64,000 bases of DNA from Mobula hypostoma. Taxonomy: Eukaryota. A program made the position numbers and the translations under genes. Each line of letters starts with the position of its first letter. Positions within the stretch are counted from its first letter, which is position 1. Shown in pieces: positions 1 through 13,300 of this stretch. Location: contig NC_086097.1 in the NCBI RefSeq assembly GCF_963921235.1, positions 203,238,001 through 203,302,000 on the forward strand, in the 5' to 3' direction. The notes under the pieces are model-generated. The model ran no database searches. It had not been told where the DNA came from and saw only the letters and a list, made by a program, of their open reading frames with translations.

Positions 1-1213
1 TATTTGTAGAAGAGACTGCAGTTTCTACATTGTCCTCAAGCCACCTTAGAACCCATAAAAACAGAACAGAAGCATATCATCTCATTCGCAAGGAACTCCT
101 CAGAAGGAAGTTGTGTCGAAAAGCATTAGAAGAAACTCAAGTACTTGTAAGTCGTGTACTGAATACGTTCCATGTCTTCTTGGGCAGTGTTTCAGAACTA
201 AGCTTGACTATTTCTGATATTTTGGTAGTGCAGTGATCAGGTGAATGGTGTATGAGATGGCCTACCACTTCTGCATGGCCTCTAGACTTTTAACACCATC
301 CTAAATGCTGCATACACTCACCTTCTCCCACCTAGGGTGTGAATGGGGTTCCTCTTATCCTCACCATTTGCCTCAAAATCCTCAATATCCAGCAGAACAA
401 TTTTCAGCCCCTTTTCACCACAAAAGACATGAACAGTTGGAACATTCAACATTCCAAAGGGATCATTCTCTCCACTTCACTCAGATCCACTCTTGCATCT
501 CCACCAACACTCACACCCTTCTAATAGCTTCTTCCCATACAACTGCAAGAGATGAAACCTCTGCCTGCTGACCTTGCTTCTTCCTTCCTTCCCTCCCGCC
601 ATCCAGGGATTCAACTGTCCTCACAGGTGATGTAGTGATTTACTTTTTCCAAACTAGAATATTCCCTTTGTTGATCATGATGTCACTTCCTCTGCATGGG
701 AGTAACCAAATACATGCATACTGTTTGCTTTACAAATGCAACAACTCCCAGCTTTCTATCAAATAAACACAATAAAACTCAATGCAAACTTGGGGAAAAA
801 TCTGAACTAGCAAATTATTTTCATTATAATCCTGAATTTCAGATAATCAACCATTCCAGTCTTATATTTCACATTTCCAGAATTCAGTTACCTTTCTTGC
901 TCTTCTTCTGGTATTTCAAAATTGTTTTCGATTTATACCTCCTTATGTCATTCACCCTTCTTTTATTCAATGTCTACTGCATTCCAACCAATTAAAGACC
1001 TATTTTATTCTATTTCTACCCTTCAAAACTTGTTTCATGTGTAACATTTCCCAGTCCTGATCAAAGCTCATTGATCTGAAATGATAACTTTTGTTTTCTC
1101 TGCACAAATGTAGCATGACCTGCTGAATACTTCCTGCATTTTCTGTCAATACTGCACCAGATGTTTTTCTCTCTCCACAGCACCATCAGCATTTCCATTT
1201 ATTACAAACTCAC

Positions 1214-1313
1214 CAGTGTCTGGAATTTTGCTCTTCTGCACCAATTCCATATAAAATTTGTCGAAGATTTCTCCAATTCTAAATTCTTGAAAAGATATAT
1301 TACTGCGCAGCAA
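1214..1313 (-). CDS. PRKDC: PRKDC exon 5 (100 bp)
   Basis: ttttcag acceptor; [33 protein letters not shown]; gtgagt donor. Confidence 0.93.
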
Positions 1314-4300
1314 CTGAAAATATATCATAATATTATTTAAACATTACTGATAACAAAACAAATTCCACTGTACAAATTTGGTTGATAAAAATGTCTACAT
1401 CTTTATTTCATATTAGCTCAGCATTATTAAACTTAAAAATAAACACCGCAACCCATTATTTAAAGGCACAGGATAATTATATGTGCTGTATGTGTGCCTG
1501 CTGGTTCTGTGTTTTGCAACTTGGCCCATAGGAACGCTGTTCCATTTGGCTGTATTTATGTGCATGGTTAAATGACAATTAAACTTGAACTTGAAATAAT
1601 GATTTCACATAAGAGCTGAATGTTAAATCATACTGGGGACATTTCCCCCCTGATATTGTACCACAGGTACTTAATGTTGTAAAATCAGTCGCAGTTCTAT
1701 TTCCTTGTGTAACAACGGCACAAAAATTACTTGCATTTTATGTAGTAGATTCATCCACTGCATCTCAGCTATGATATTTAATATTCCACTTAATATTCTT
1801 AATATCTAATATTTTTATTTCTAAGGTTGTCAATTTAACTTGAGCTTAAGATGTTTTTAAGTTCCAAATGTTCATTCTACTGATGAAAATAAACTTAGCA
1901 GAGCATGATTTAAATTATTCAAAATAAACACATGTAGCATTGCAAAACATTACCCTGAGAATTACTCAGAAGTTCATTCATAATTGAAGAAAAGACAGCC
2001 ACTTTTCCTTACTTTACATTGTGTACTCAATAAGATAAAAGATATTAGTGCTTATGATTAACAATGCCCAAAGGCGTGTTTTGTAAAGATCTCCCCACTC
2101 ATCACGTAACAAAGGTGGTGATATGAAATAATAATTAATCTATTCTATTGGCTTTATTTAGAGGGAAAAGATGAGTGAAGAAACAAGAAGGACTCCTTAA
2201 TTTTATGTGAATGTGGCTATAGAAAAAAATTGCTCTATGATCAAAATTAGGGACAAGGTCTCAATTTAACATTTTGTCCCAAGATAGCATTCATGAAGTA
2301 CTGCACCAATGTGTCAGCAAATATTACATCCTCAAACATTAAGAATGAGAATTCAATGGACAACTTTTTAGTCAAATCTGTGTCGATACTAACAAAGATA
2401 AATTGTGTGCTCATTATATCCTGAAGAAATAATACATGTAACACTTAATTGTAATTCAAAGTTATTTTTAAAATTCATCTATGCTTAGAAAGTACTTCCA
2501 GATTATTAACTCGCTATGAAACACCATGAAATGATGAGGCAAAAGTATCCTACCACAAGAAGGAGGTCTAAGGCAGCAGACTTGCATTTTGCAGCTTTTT
2601 CTTTGGTGTACATCAAAAGACACATCTCCTAAGAAATTAAGGAAGGCATTACACACAAACAATGTTCACTTTTACATACACTCAGTGGCTACTTTATTAC
2701 GTACACTTGTGCACCCGTTTGTTAATGCGCATTATCTAATCAGCCAATCATGTGGCAGCAACTCAATGCATAAAACCATACAGACAGGGTCAAGAGGTTC
2801 AGTTGTTCAGACCAAACATCAGAATGGAGAAGAAATGTATCTAATTGACTCTGACCATGGAATGACTTTTGGTGTCAGATGGGGAGTATCTCAGCAACTG
2901 TTAATCTGGTACTTTCACACACAACGGTCTCTACAGTTTACAGAGAATGTGGTGAAAAACAAAAAAAAACAGTGAGCAACAGTTCTGTGGGTGAAAATGT
3001 CTTCTGAATGAGAGAGGTCAGAGGAGAATAGACAGACTGGTTCAAGCTGACAGCAAGGCTATAGTAACTCAAATAACCATGTGTTACAACAGTGGTGTGC
3101 AGGAGAGCATATGTATATGAGTGCACAACACACAAAACCTTGAAGTGGATGGGCAATAACAGCAGAAGACCACAAAGGTATACCATCCTAATACAATGCC
3201 AATAAAGAATAAAAAACAACTCAAAACTTCACTGCAGGTTTTCCTTTTCAAGAATGAGTTTGTAAAATACCTAGACATCTACAATGTGAAAATTCTGTCC
3301 CTAATAAAGCATCAGTTATATTTTGATTACTAAATTCTACTTCACTCTTTCTTTTCAGTCACTAACATAATCTGATGGTAATACCAACAGCCTCCACTCC
3401 CAAGCATAAAATATTGATGACTCCTTTGGCACCAAGGTAGACTGCTTGGATGTGCTTCCCATAGAAGCATTCTCTGAAAGCAGACATGCTATCTTCATCG
3501 TGGAGCAAAACGCTGTTTCCACTCCTCCCTAAGATCTTTGAAGACTGAATCTCAGTTCCACATAATTGGTCACCTTATTCTCTCATATCCTTTCAAAATT
3601 CAGCAGATCAGTAGGAGACTTTAAAAAGGGAAAAGTGCTAGGCAAACTGAAAGATTTTAAAATTCATAAGTCACCTGGACCAGATGGACTATATCCCAGA
3701 GTCCCAAGAGAAGTTGTTGAAGAGATAATGGATGTATTGGTCATGATCTTTCAAGAATCACTTGATTCTAGCATAGTCCCAGAGGACTGAAAATTGCAAA
3801 TGTCATTCCACTCTTTAAGAAGTGAGGAAGATAAAAGAGAAGAAATTATAGGCCAGTTAGCCTAACCTCAGTGATTGGAGAAGTGTTGCAATCCATTATT
3901 AAGAATGAGGTATTGGGGTACTTGGAAACTAATGATAAAATAAGTCTAAGTCAGCATGGTTTCTGCAAAGGGAAATCTTGCCTGACAAACCCGTTAAAAT
4001 TCTTTGAGGAAGTAACAAGCAGAGTGGACAAAGAAGAGGCTGTAGACGTCATTTACTTGGATTTTTAGAAGGCATTTGATAAAGTGCCTCACATGAGGCT
4101 ACTTAACATGATAAGATCCTATGGTGTGGCACAGATAGATGAATGACTGACAGGCAAGAGGCAGCAAGTGGGAATAAAAGGGGCCTTTTCTGGTTGGCTG
4201 CCAGTGACAGTGGTGCTCCTCAGAGGTCAGTGTTGGGACCACTACTTTTCACATTGTTGGTCACGATTTGGATAGTGGAACTGATGGCTTTGTGGTAAAG

Positions 4301-7300
4301 TTTGCAGATGATACAAAGATAAGTGGAGGGGTAGGAAGTGTTGAGGTAGCAATGAGATTGCAGCCCAACTTAGACAAATTAGAAAAATGGGCAAAAAAGT
4401 GGCAGATGGAATACAGTGTTGGGAAATGTATAATACATTTTAGTAAAAGGGACAATAGTGAAGACTATTATCTAAATGGAGAGAAAATTCAAACATCAGA
4501 GCTGCAGAGAGATTTAGGAGTCCTCATGCCTGACTCCCAGGTTAATTCACAGGTTGAGTCTGTGGTAAAGAATGCAAATGCAATGTCAGCATTTATTTCA
4601 AGAGGAATAGAATGCAAAAACAAGGAGATAATGCTGATCCTTTATAAGACACTAAGTCAGGCCGCACTTTGAGTATTGCCAACAGTTTTGGGCCCTTCAT
4701 CTCAGAAAGGATGTATTGTCATTGGAGAGAATCCAGAGAATGTTCACGAGGACGATTCTGGGAATGAAGGGGTTAACATATAAGGAGCGCTTGGCAGCTT
4801 TGGCCCTGTACTCACTGAAATTTAGAAGAATGGGTAGGGATCTTATCGAAACCAACTGAATGTTGAAAGGTGGATGTGGAGAAGATGTTTCCTCTGGTGG
4901 CGGTATCCAGAACTAGAGGGCGCAGGCTCAAAATTGAGGGGTGACCTTTTAGAACAGAAGTAAGGAGTTTTTTTTTTAGCCAAAGTGTGGTGAATCTGTG
5001 GAATGCTTTGCCACAGACTGTGGTGGAGCCAAGTCCGTGGGTATATTTAAAGCAGAAGTTGATAGGTTCCAGATTGGTTGGGGCATCAAGCGATATGGTG
5101 AGCAGGCTGGTGTATGGGGTTGAATGGGATCCAGGATCAGCCATGATGAAATGGCGAAGCGGATTCAATGGGCTGTTCCTATGTCTTATGGACTCATTCA
5201 TTTTCAGTTATTGCCCAGCCAATAGTCCTCCTGTTCTCAACTCATTAATATTGTAAATAACCCTCTTAGAGAATGCCCTCCTCTTTACAAACTCGCTGTC
5301 ATCTTTCTCTTGCACATAAAAACCCTGTGCTCTGTCCATGCCAAGCAAAGCTCCTCTCCAAACACCTTTTCTCTACAAAATCTAATAATATGCTATTAAC
5401 TCAGAAAAGACCTTTCCTATTTTCTAGAAATCTATCTGAATTTCTTTAACCTGAAGTTTTCGGACCATGGAAATAAATGCTGCCAAGGAATTCATTTCAG
5501 TTTATTACAAGTAAATGCAAACTATTAAAACCTAACAGAATTGCTCAGAATATTTTCCAAGTATACCAAAATATTTTGGCAGGATCTGAGTATATTTAAT
5601 AAGGCATGACATATCTAACAAAGTATCTGTAGAGTCCTCTAAAAACGAGATTAAAATTATTCTGGAGGAATGTTTATTTTAAAATAGTTACTCTTTTACC
5701 ACTTATAAACAGAGCAAAAACATGTTCTCAATGGCAGAATTTCCTGTAATTTACAAACTCTATATTGTAAACAGCAGTTTGATATAATACAAGGTTCAAA
5801 CTCTCTGGCTGGTGTCCATGTTTCTGAACAGAACCCCTGGCATTCAGTCATTTAAAGAGTTTAAGGTCTGAAACCTCCTCAAAAGGTGCCCCAGAATTCC
5901 AAACCAACAGTTTGTTCAGTATTTGCTGAGGTTTCCTATCATTTGCACTAGCAAATCAAAAACCGTGTGATTGTGAACTACATGACAACAAAGAGACTCC
6001 CATTTAAGAAGTGAGATAAACGTACAGGTAATCAGGTATTGTTGATGCACTTACACATTAGTGGCATGTTAGACATCATGTCTGGTGAAGAATTGCCATG
6101 AGGTGTCACTTTGGGCATCACTATTTCACGCAATTATCCCCAAGTTCACTGTCTATAACTATACCATGGAACTTCCCCGCAGACAGTCCCCAAGAAATAC
6201 AAAGATAGGATGCTTGACCTAGAGAGAGCGTCAGAAGCTAAGCTGATTGTTTTCTTTCTCTTAAACTGAATGTACTTTTCAAAAACTAGATTATAATTAA
6301 CATCAAAATTAGTGGGAATTTAGAGGATTAGGAAGCTTTTAAAAACCAACAGAAGGCAACTAAAAAGCCATGGGGAGGGAAGATATGAAATATGAAGATA
6401 AGCTAACTAATAATATCAAAGAGGATATAAAAAGTTTTTTTTCAGATATACACTATAAAGAATAAAAGAGAGGCGAGAGTAGATATCGGACCTATGGAAA
6501 ATGATGCCGGACAGGTTGTCCCTCGTCCCCCTTCCCTCCGGGAGAAGGCTCAGGAGCTTGAAGACTCATATGGCCAGATTTGGGAACAGCTTCTTTCCAA
6601 CTGTGATAAGACTGCTGAACGGATCCTGACCCAGATCTGGGCCGTACCCTCCAAATATCCGGACCTGCCTCTCGGTTTTTTTTGCACTACCTTATTTTCC
6701 ATTTTTCTATTTTCTATTTATGATTTATAATTTAAATTTTTATATTTACTAATTTTTTACTATTTTTAATATTTAATATTTGTAATCCAGGGAGCGGGAA
6801 GCGCAGAATCAAATATCGCTGTGATAATTGTACGTTCTAGTATCAATTGTTTGGTGACAATAAAGTATAAAGTATAAAGTATAGTAATTAATCAGCTATG
6901 ATGAAATGGAGGTGTGGACTCAATGGGGTGAATAGCCTAATCTCTTATGGTCCACAAGGCTGTGTGCTTTGCCCTCTGCACTACTCACTTTATACTTATG
7001 ACAGTGTGGCTAAGCACATCTCCAATGCCATATTCAAGTTTGTTGATGACACCACTGTCGTTGGCCAAATCAAAGATGGTGACAAATCAGCATATAGGAA
7101 GGAGATTGAAAATCTGGCTGAGTGGTGGCACAACAGCTACGTCTTATTCAATGTCAGTCAAACCAAACAGCTGATTATTGACTTCAGGAGGAGAATACCA
7201 GAGGTCCATGAGCCAGTCCTCATTGGAGGATCAGAGGCAGAGAAGATCAATAACTTCAGATTCTTCTGTGTTTCCATTTCAGATAACCTATCCTGATCTT

Positions 7301-10300
7301 AGAACATAAGTGCAATTACAAAGAAATCACAGCAGCACCTCTACTTTCTTAGGAGTTTGCAAAGTTTCAACATGATATCTAAAACTCTGACAAACTTCTA
7401 TAGATGTGTGGTGGTGAGTATATTAACTGGCTGCATCACAGCCTGGACTGGAAACACCAATGCTAATGACCAGAAAATCCTACAAAAAGTAGTGGATATG
7501 GCCCATTCCATCACGGGCAAAACACTCCCCACCATTGAGCACATCTATATGAAGCAGGAAAGCAGCATCTATCATCAGGGATCCCCACCACCATGGTCAT
7601 ATTCTCTTCTCGCTATTGCTATCAGGAAGAAGGTACGGGAGTCTCAGGGCCCACACCACCATGTTCAGGAACAGCTATTACCCCTCAACCATGACACCCT
7701 TGAACCAAAGAGGATAACTTCACTCATCTTCACTTGCCCCACAACTTATGACTCACTTTCTTTCTTTCTTTCTTTCTTTCTTTTTAAATCTTTTTATTGA
7801 GTAAGTATACAAAAAAGGTAAGCCATATAAACATTAATACAATGTTAAAGTATAATAAAATTCCAAAAGATAACAATACCAAAAAGAAAATACTACAAAC
7901 AATGTAATTTAAGCATAAGAAACCAAGATAACATAATAGTATACTAGATTTTATATATATCAATGAAAAAAAAAAGAAAAAAAAACCCCCCAAAAAAAAA
8001 CCCACCGTGCAACTAACTAAAAGCAAAGCAAAGCAATGGGCTAACTTGAAACCAAACAGAGTTAAACTTAAAATCACGTCCTCAATCCCGACCTCCATTA
8101 AAACAGTGAAAAAAAAACAAGAAGGGTAAATATTACATTAAATGAAAATATCGAATAAAAGGTCCCCAAATCTGTTCAAATTTAAATGAAGAATCATAAA
8201 GGTTACTTCTAATTTTCTCCAGATTCAAACATAAAATCGTCTGAGAAAACCAAAAAAAGGTAGTTGGAGCATTAAGCTCTTTCCAATGTTGTAAAATACA
8301 TCTTTTCGCCATTAAAGTAAGAAATGCAATCATTCTACGGGCTGAAGGGGAAAGATTACTAGAAATTTTAGGTAGTCCAAAGATAGCAGTAATAGGGTGA
8401 GGAGAGATATCTATATTTAATACCTTAGAAATAATATTGAAAATATCTCTCCAAAAAGTTTCCAAAGTAGGGCAAGACCAAAACATATGAGTTAAAGAGG
8501 CTATCTGCCCCGAACATCTATCACAGAAAGGATTAATATGCGAGTAAAAACGCGCTAACTTATCTTTGGACATATGTGCTCTATGAACCACTTTAAATTG
8601 AATTAGGGAATGTTTAGCACAAATAGAGGAAGTATTAACTAATTGTAAAATCTGCCCCCAATCATCCACAGAAATGGTAAGCCCCAATTCCTGTTCCCAA
8701 TCTACCCTAATCTTATCAAATGGAGCTTTCCTAAGTTTCATAATAATATTATAAATCATAGCCGATGCACCTTTCTGACATGGATTAAGGTTAATTATCG
8801 AATCTAAAATATATATAGGAGGAAGCATTGGAAAGGAAGAAAGTATAGTACTTAGGAAATTTCTAACTTGTAAATATCTAAAAAAATGTATTCTTGATAA
8901 GTTATATTTATTAGATAATTGTTCAAAAGACATAAGGGAACCATCTAAAAATAAATCCAAAAACCGTAAAATACCCTTAGTCTTCCAAGTTTGAAAAGCG
9001 CGATCCGTAAAAGAGGGAGGAAAAAATATGTTACCTAAAATAGGAATCGCTAACCCGAATTGATTAAGATCAAAAAATTTTCTGAATTGAAACCAAATGC
9101 GCAAAGCATATTTAACTATCGGGTTAGAGACCTGCTTAAGGCGTTTCGAATCAAAAGGAAGAGAGGAACCTAAAATAGAACCAAGTGTATAACCCTGAAC
9201 AGATTGTAATTCCAATGCTACCCATTTAGGAATAGATAGTATGTCCCGGTCAAGTAACCAAAATTTCATATGTCGAATATTAATAGCCCAATAATAAAAT
9301 CTAAAGTTAGGTAATGCTAAACCTCCATCTCTCTTAGCTTTCTGTAAATGTATTTTACCCAGTCTCGGATTCTTATTCTGCCAAATAAATGAAGAAATTT
9401 TAGAGTCAACTTTATCAAAAAAAGATTTAGGAACGAAAATTGGTAATGCCTGAAACACATATAAAAATTTTGGCAAAAAAAACATCTTAACTGCATTAAT
9501 ACGACCAATCAAAGTTAAATATAAGGGAAACCATTTAGATGAAAGTTGAGTAATATGGTCTATTAATGGTAAAAAGTTAGTCTTAAATAAATCTTTATGT
9601 TTACAAGTAATTTTAATCCCAAGATATGAAAAGTAATTATTAATCAATTTAAATGGAAATTTATAATATAAGGGAAGATGTTTATTAATCGGAAAAAGTT
9701 CACTCTTACTAAGATTTAATTTATAACCTGAGAAAAGACCAAATTGTGCTAATAACTCTAAAACAGCAGGAATGGATCTCTCAGGATTAGAAATATATAA
9801 AAGTAAATCATCAGCATAGAGTGATAATTTATGGGACTTTAATCCCCGAGTTATCCCAGTAATATTTGAAGATTCTCGAATAGCAATTGCAAGAGGTTCT
9901 AATGCAATATCAAATAATAGGGGACTAAGAGGACAGCCTTGTCGAGTACCACGAAAGAGAGGAAAAAAAGGTGAGTTTAAGGAGTTAGTACGAACCGAGG
10001 CTACAGGGGAGTGATATAACAGTTTAATCCAGGATATAAATTTCAAGCTAAAATTAAACATTTCAAGCACCTTAAATAAATAAGGCCATTCTACTCTATC
10101 AAAAGCTTTCTCGGCATCTAAAGAAATAACACACTCAGGAACATTTTGTGAGGGAGTATAAACGATATTTAACAATGTACGAATATTATAAAAAGAGTAA
10201 CGACCTTTAATAAAACCCGTTTGGTCTTCCGAAATAATAGAAGGAAGTACTTTTTCTAGTCTATTTGCTAATAACTTAGAAAAAACTTTAGAATCAACAT

Positions 10301-13300
10301 TTAATAAAGATATTGGTCTATAAGATGCACATTGAGCAGGGTCTTTATCCTTCTTTAGTATTAAAGAAATTGATGCTCTATTAAAAGATTCCGGAAGTTT
10401 ACCAAGTTTCAAAGAAGCCTCAAAAACCTTATAGAGCCAAGGAATCAATAAAGAAGCAAAACATTTATAAAATTCAACGGTAAACCCATCAGGGCTAGGA
10501 GCTTTCCCCAGATTCATAGAAAAAATAACATTCTTAATCTCATCCATTGTAATGGAAATATCTAATAAAGAAGACATATCCTGTGAAATCTGAGGGAAGT
10601 CTAACTTATCTAAAAAATTATTCATATATTTAGAATCTCGAGGAGACTCTGATTGATATAAAGAAGAATAAAAATCACAAAAGGTTTGATTAATCCCCAC
10701 ATGATCCAATATCAATCGATCATTTTGGTTATAAATCTGATTGATTTGAGATTTAACATAATTAGATTTCAATTGATTAGCCAGCAGCTTGCCAATTTTA
10801 TCACTGTGAACATAAAAATCACTTCTTGTTTTCTTTAATTGGTTTACAATCGAGGACGAGAGTAGTAAACTGTGTTCCATTTGAAGTTCAGTTCTTTGTT
10901 TGTATAGCTCCTCAGAAGGAGCCATAACATATTTCTTATCAATTTCTTTAATCTTGTCCACAATTGCCATCTCCTCCTGCTTCTGTTTCTTCCTCAAAGC
11001 AACGGAATACGAAATAATCTGACCCCGAATATAGGCTTTAAAAGTGTCCCAAAGAGTGTTAACCGAAATATCTTCTGTATGGTTAATTGTAAAAAAAAGC
11101 TCAATCTGTTCATTCATAAAATTAACAAAGTCCGAGTCCTGAAGCAACAGCGAATTAAAACGCCATTGTCTATTGTTTGGTATATTGGCCATAATTTTAA
11201 TAGAAAGCTTAAGTGGAGCATGATCCGAAATGGTTATAGAATCATAATCACATTTAATCACTGAAGGAATGAGACGAGAATCAATGAAAAAATAATCAAT
11301 TCTTGAATAGGAATGATGAACATGTGAAAAGAAGGAAAAATCTTTTTCCTGAGGATGCAGAAAACGCCAAATGTCCGTCGACCCAGAATCAGAAAGGAAA
11401 AAATTAATCAAATTTGCAGATTTATTAGGTAAAGTCCGTAAAGGAGCCGAACGGTCCAAAGCTGGAGATAAACAGGTATTAAGATCTCCGCCCCAAATCA
11501 ATGAAAACTCGTTCAAATTCGGAAACTGATCAAACAATGATTTATAAAATTCCGGACAATCCATATTAGGAGCATAAACATTAACCAAAACTACTTTTTT
11601 ATTAAATAGAAAACCACTAACCAATAAAAATCTACCATTCGGATCAGAGATAATATCCTGTTGTATAAAAGTAACTGAGGAGTCTATAAAAATAGAGACG
11701 CCTCGAATCTTAGCATTGGAGTTCGAATGAAATTGTTGTCCCTTCCAGAATTTGAAAAAACGTAGTCTGTCCCCCCTCCGTACATGGGTCTCTTGTAAAA
11801 ATAAAATTTGTGCTTTAAGTCTCCGGAACACTTTAAAAACTTTTTTTCCTTTTAATAGGATGATTAAGACCATTAGTATTCCAGGAGACAAAATTAATAA
11901 TAGACTCCATAAATCCTAAAGTCAACCCATAACAAGGAGGATTGACAATAGGCGCGACCCACAAACCCGGAGAGGAAACAGAACATACAAAAGATACCGG
12001 GGAAAAGGACGCAACCAATACTTCAATAATGTATATAGCCCAAAGAGAAACAAACTAAAACGTGAAGCCCCTCCCACCACCCCCCACCCCAAGACCCCAA
12101 GGCGAAATCTAAAGCAGACCCGCCAGAAAGAAGCAAGCGCTAAAACTACCCCCATGACTTCCGGTATACGCTCCCTAAAAAAAAGGTATAAATATGAAAA
12201 GGATCAGCTAATTGTAAAACAGTAAAAAAATGAGTAAAAAAAAGTTAGCTCAATTAAAATACACACAGAACAGAACAAAAGCCGGAAAGTATATATTAAA
12301 AAAAAACCACAATAAACCTCAAACTCATGAATAGACACAGCAACAAAAAAAATAGGATTATTAACATAAAATGATTATAAAAAGCAAAACAGAATAAAAT
12401 TTTAAAAAAAACTACAAAATTTAAGGCCGCACAGGAAATACGTAAGATGACAAAAGGGAAGTAACCACCCAGAATCCCCTGGGAAAAGAAAGAAATGACG
12501 CAGTTAAAAAGAAAGTTTAGTAGCCATATTAAGAAATCGAAAGTAAACTTTTCTGCCCAAATAGGGCACAGAAAAGTTAAAACCAACCAATTCACAGCCT
12601 CCGATCAACGGAGAAAATTAAAAAAAGGCAATTAAGATGTTGAAGATGAAAGTTGATCCAGATAACTCTGGGCATCCGATGGAGAATCAAAAAAACGAAG
12701 GGCTCCATCTAACATGCGAATCCTTAGACGTGCAGGGTACAGCAGCGCTGGTCTTAAATCCATCTTATAGAATTCCGACATCACGGATCTGTAACGGACC
12801 CGTTGGTCCCAGATTGGTTTACTGAAATCTTCCACGAATCGGAACTTAAGATCCGAAAAATCAATGAAACCTTTAGATCGAGCGAATCGAAACAGTCTCT
12901 CCTTGTCTTGAAAGTAATGAAAACGTAAGATAACATGCCTAGGTCTATCTGACCTAGACGAGTATGATGGGATTCTGTGAACACGATCCAGTAGCGGTGG
13001 TTGGTCAGGAAATACAGTAGGGAATGCATCTTTTAAAAGTTGGGAGAAATATTTCATAGGGTTGTTAGCTTCCACGGCTTCCCTGACGCCAATCATTCGT
13101 AAATTCTGCCGTCGCATTCTAGATTCCAAGTCAGAGTTTTTAAAAGTCAAAAAGTCAAGTTTCTTCTTCATTACATTAATTGTTTCTTCGACTTTCCCCA
13201 TCTTAAGCTCACTTTGTTGCGCGGATTTTTGAAGATCAGATATAGCCGACTGATGTTCCGCAATACATGTTTGCATCTTATCAATTAAATCGGCAATTTT

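Noticed and set aside
10..146. Exon-like stretch on + (ttgtag...CTT|gtaagt; HKNRTEAYHLIRKELLRRK) suggesting a nested antisense gene
   Set aside because: No recognisable homology, no partner exons found, and the acceptor context is cut by the window edge
1050..1145. Further hammerhead-like remnants (also ~41535-41620 and ~54370-54490)
   Set aside because: Old pLTR fragments with destroyed catalytic cores
3230..6300. Possible decayed coding sequence flanking the CR1 (3230-3610, 5200-6300)
   Set aside because: Trial translations had stops and no identifiable motif; needs a translated search
11841..11847. Programmed frameshift in L1 ORF2
   Set aside because: A single extra base in a homopolymer is better explained by mutation or sequencing error
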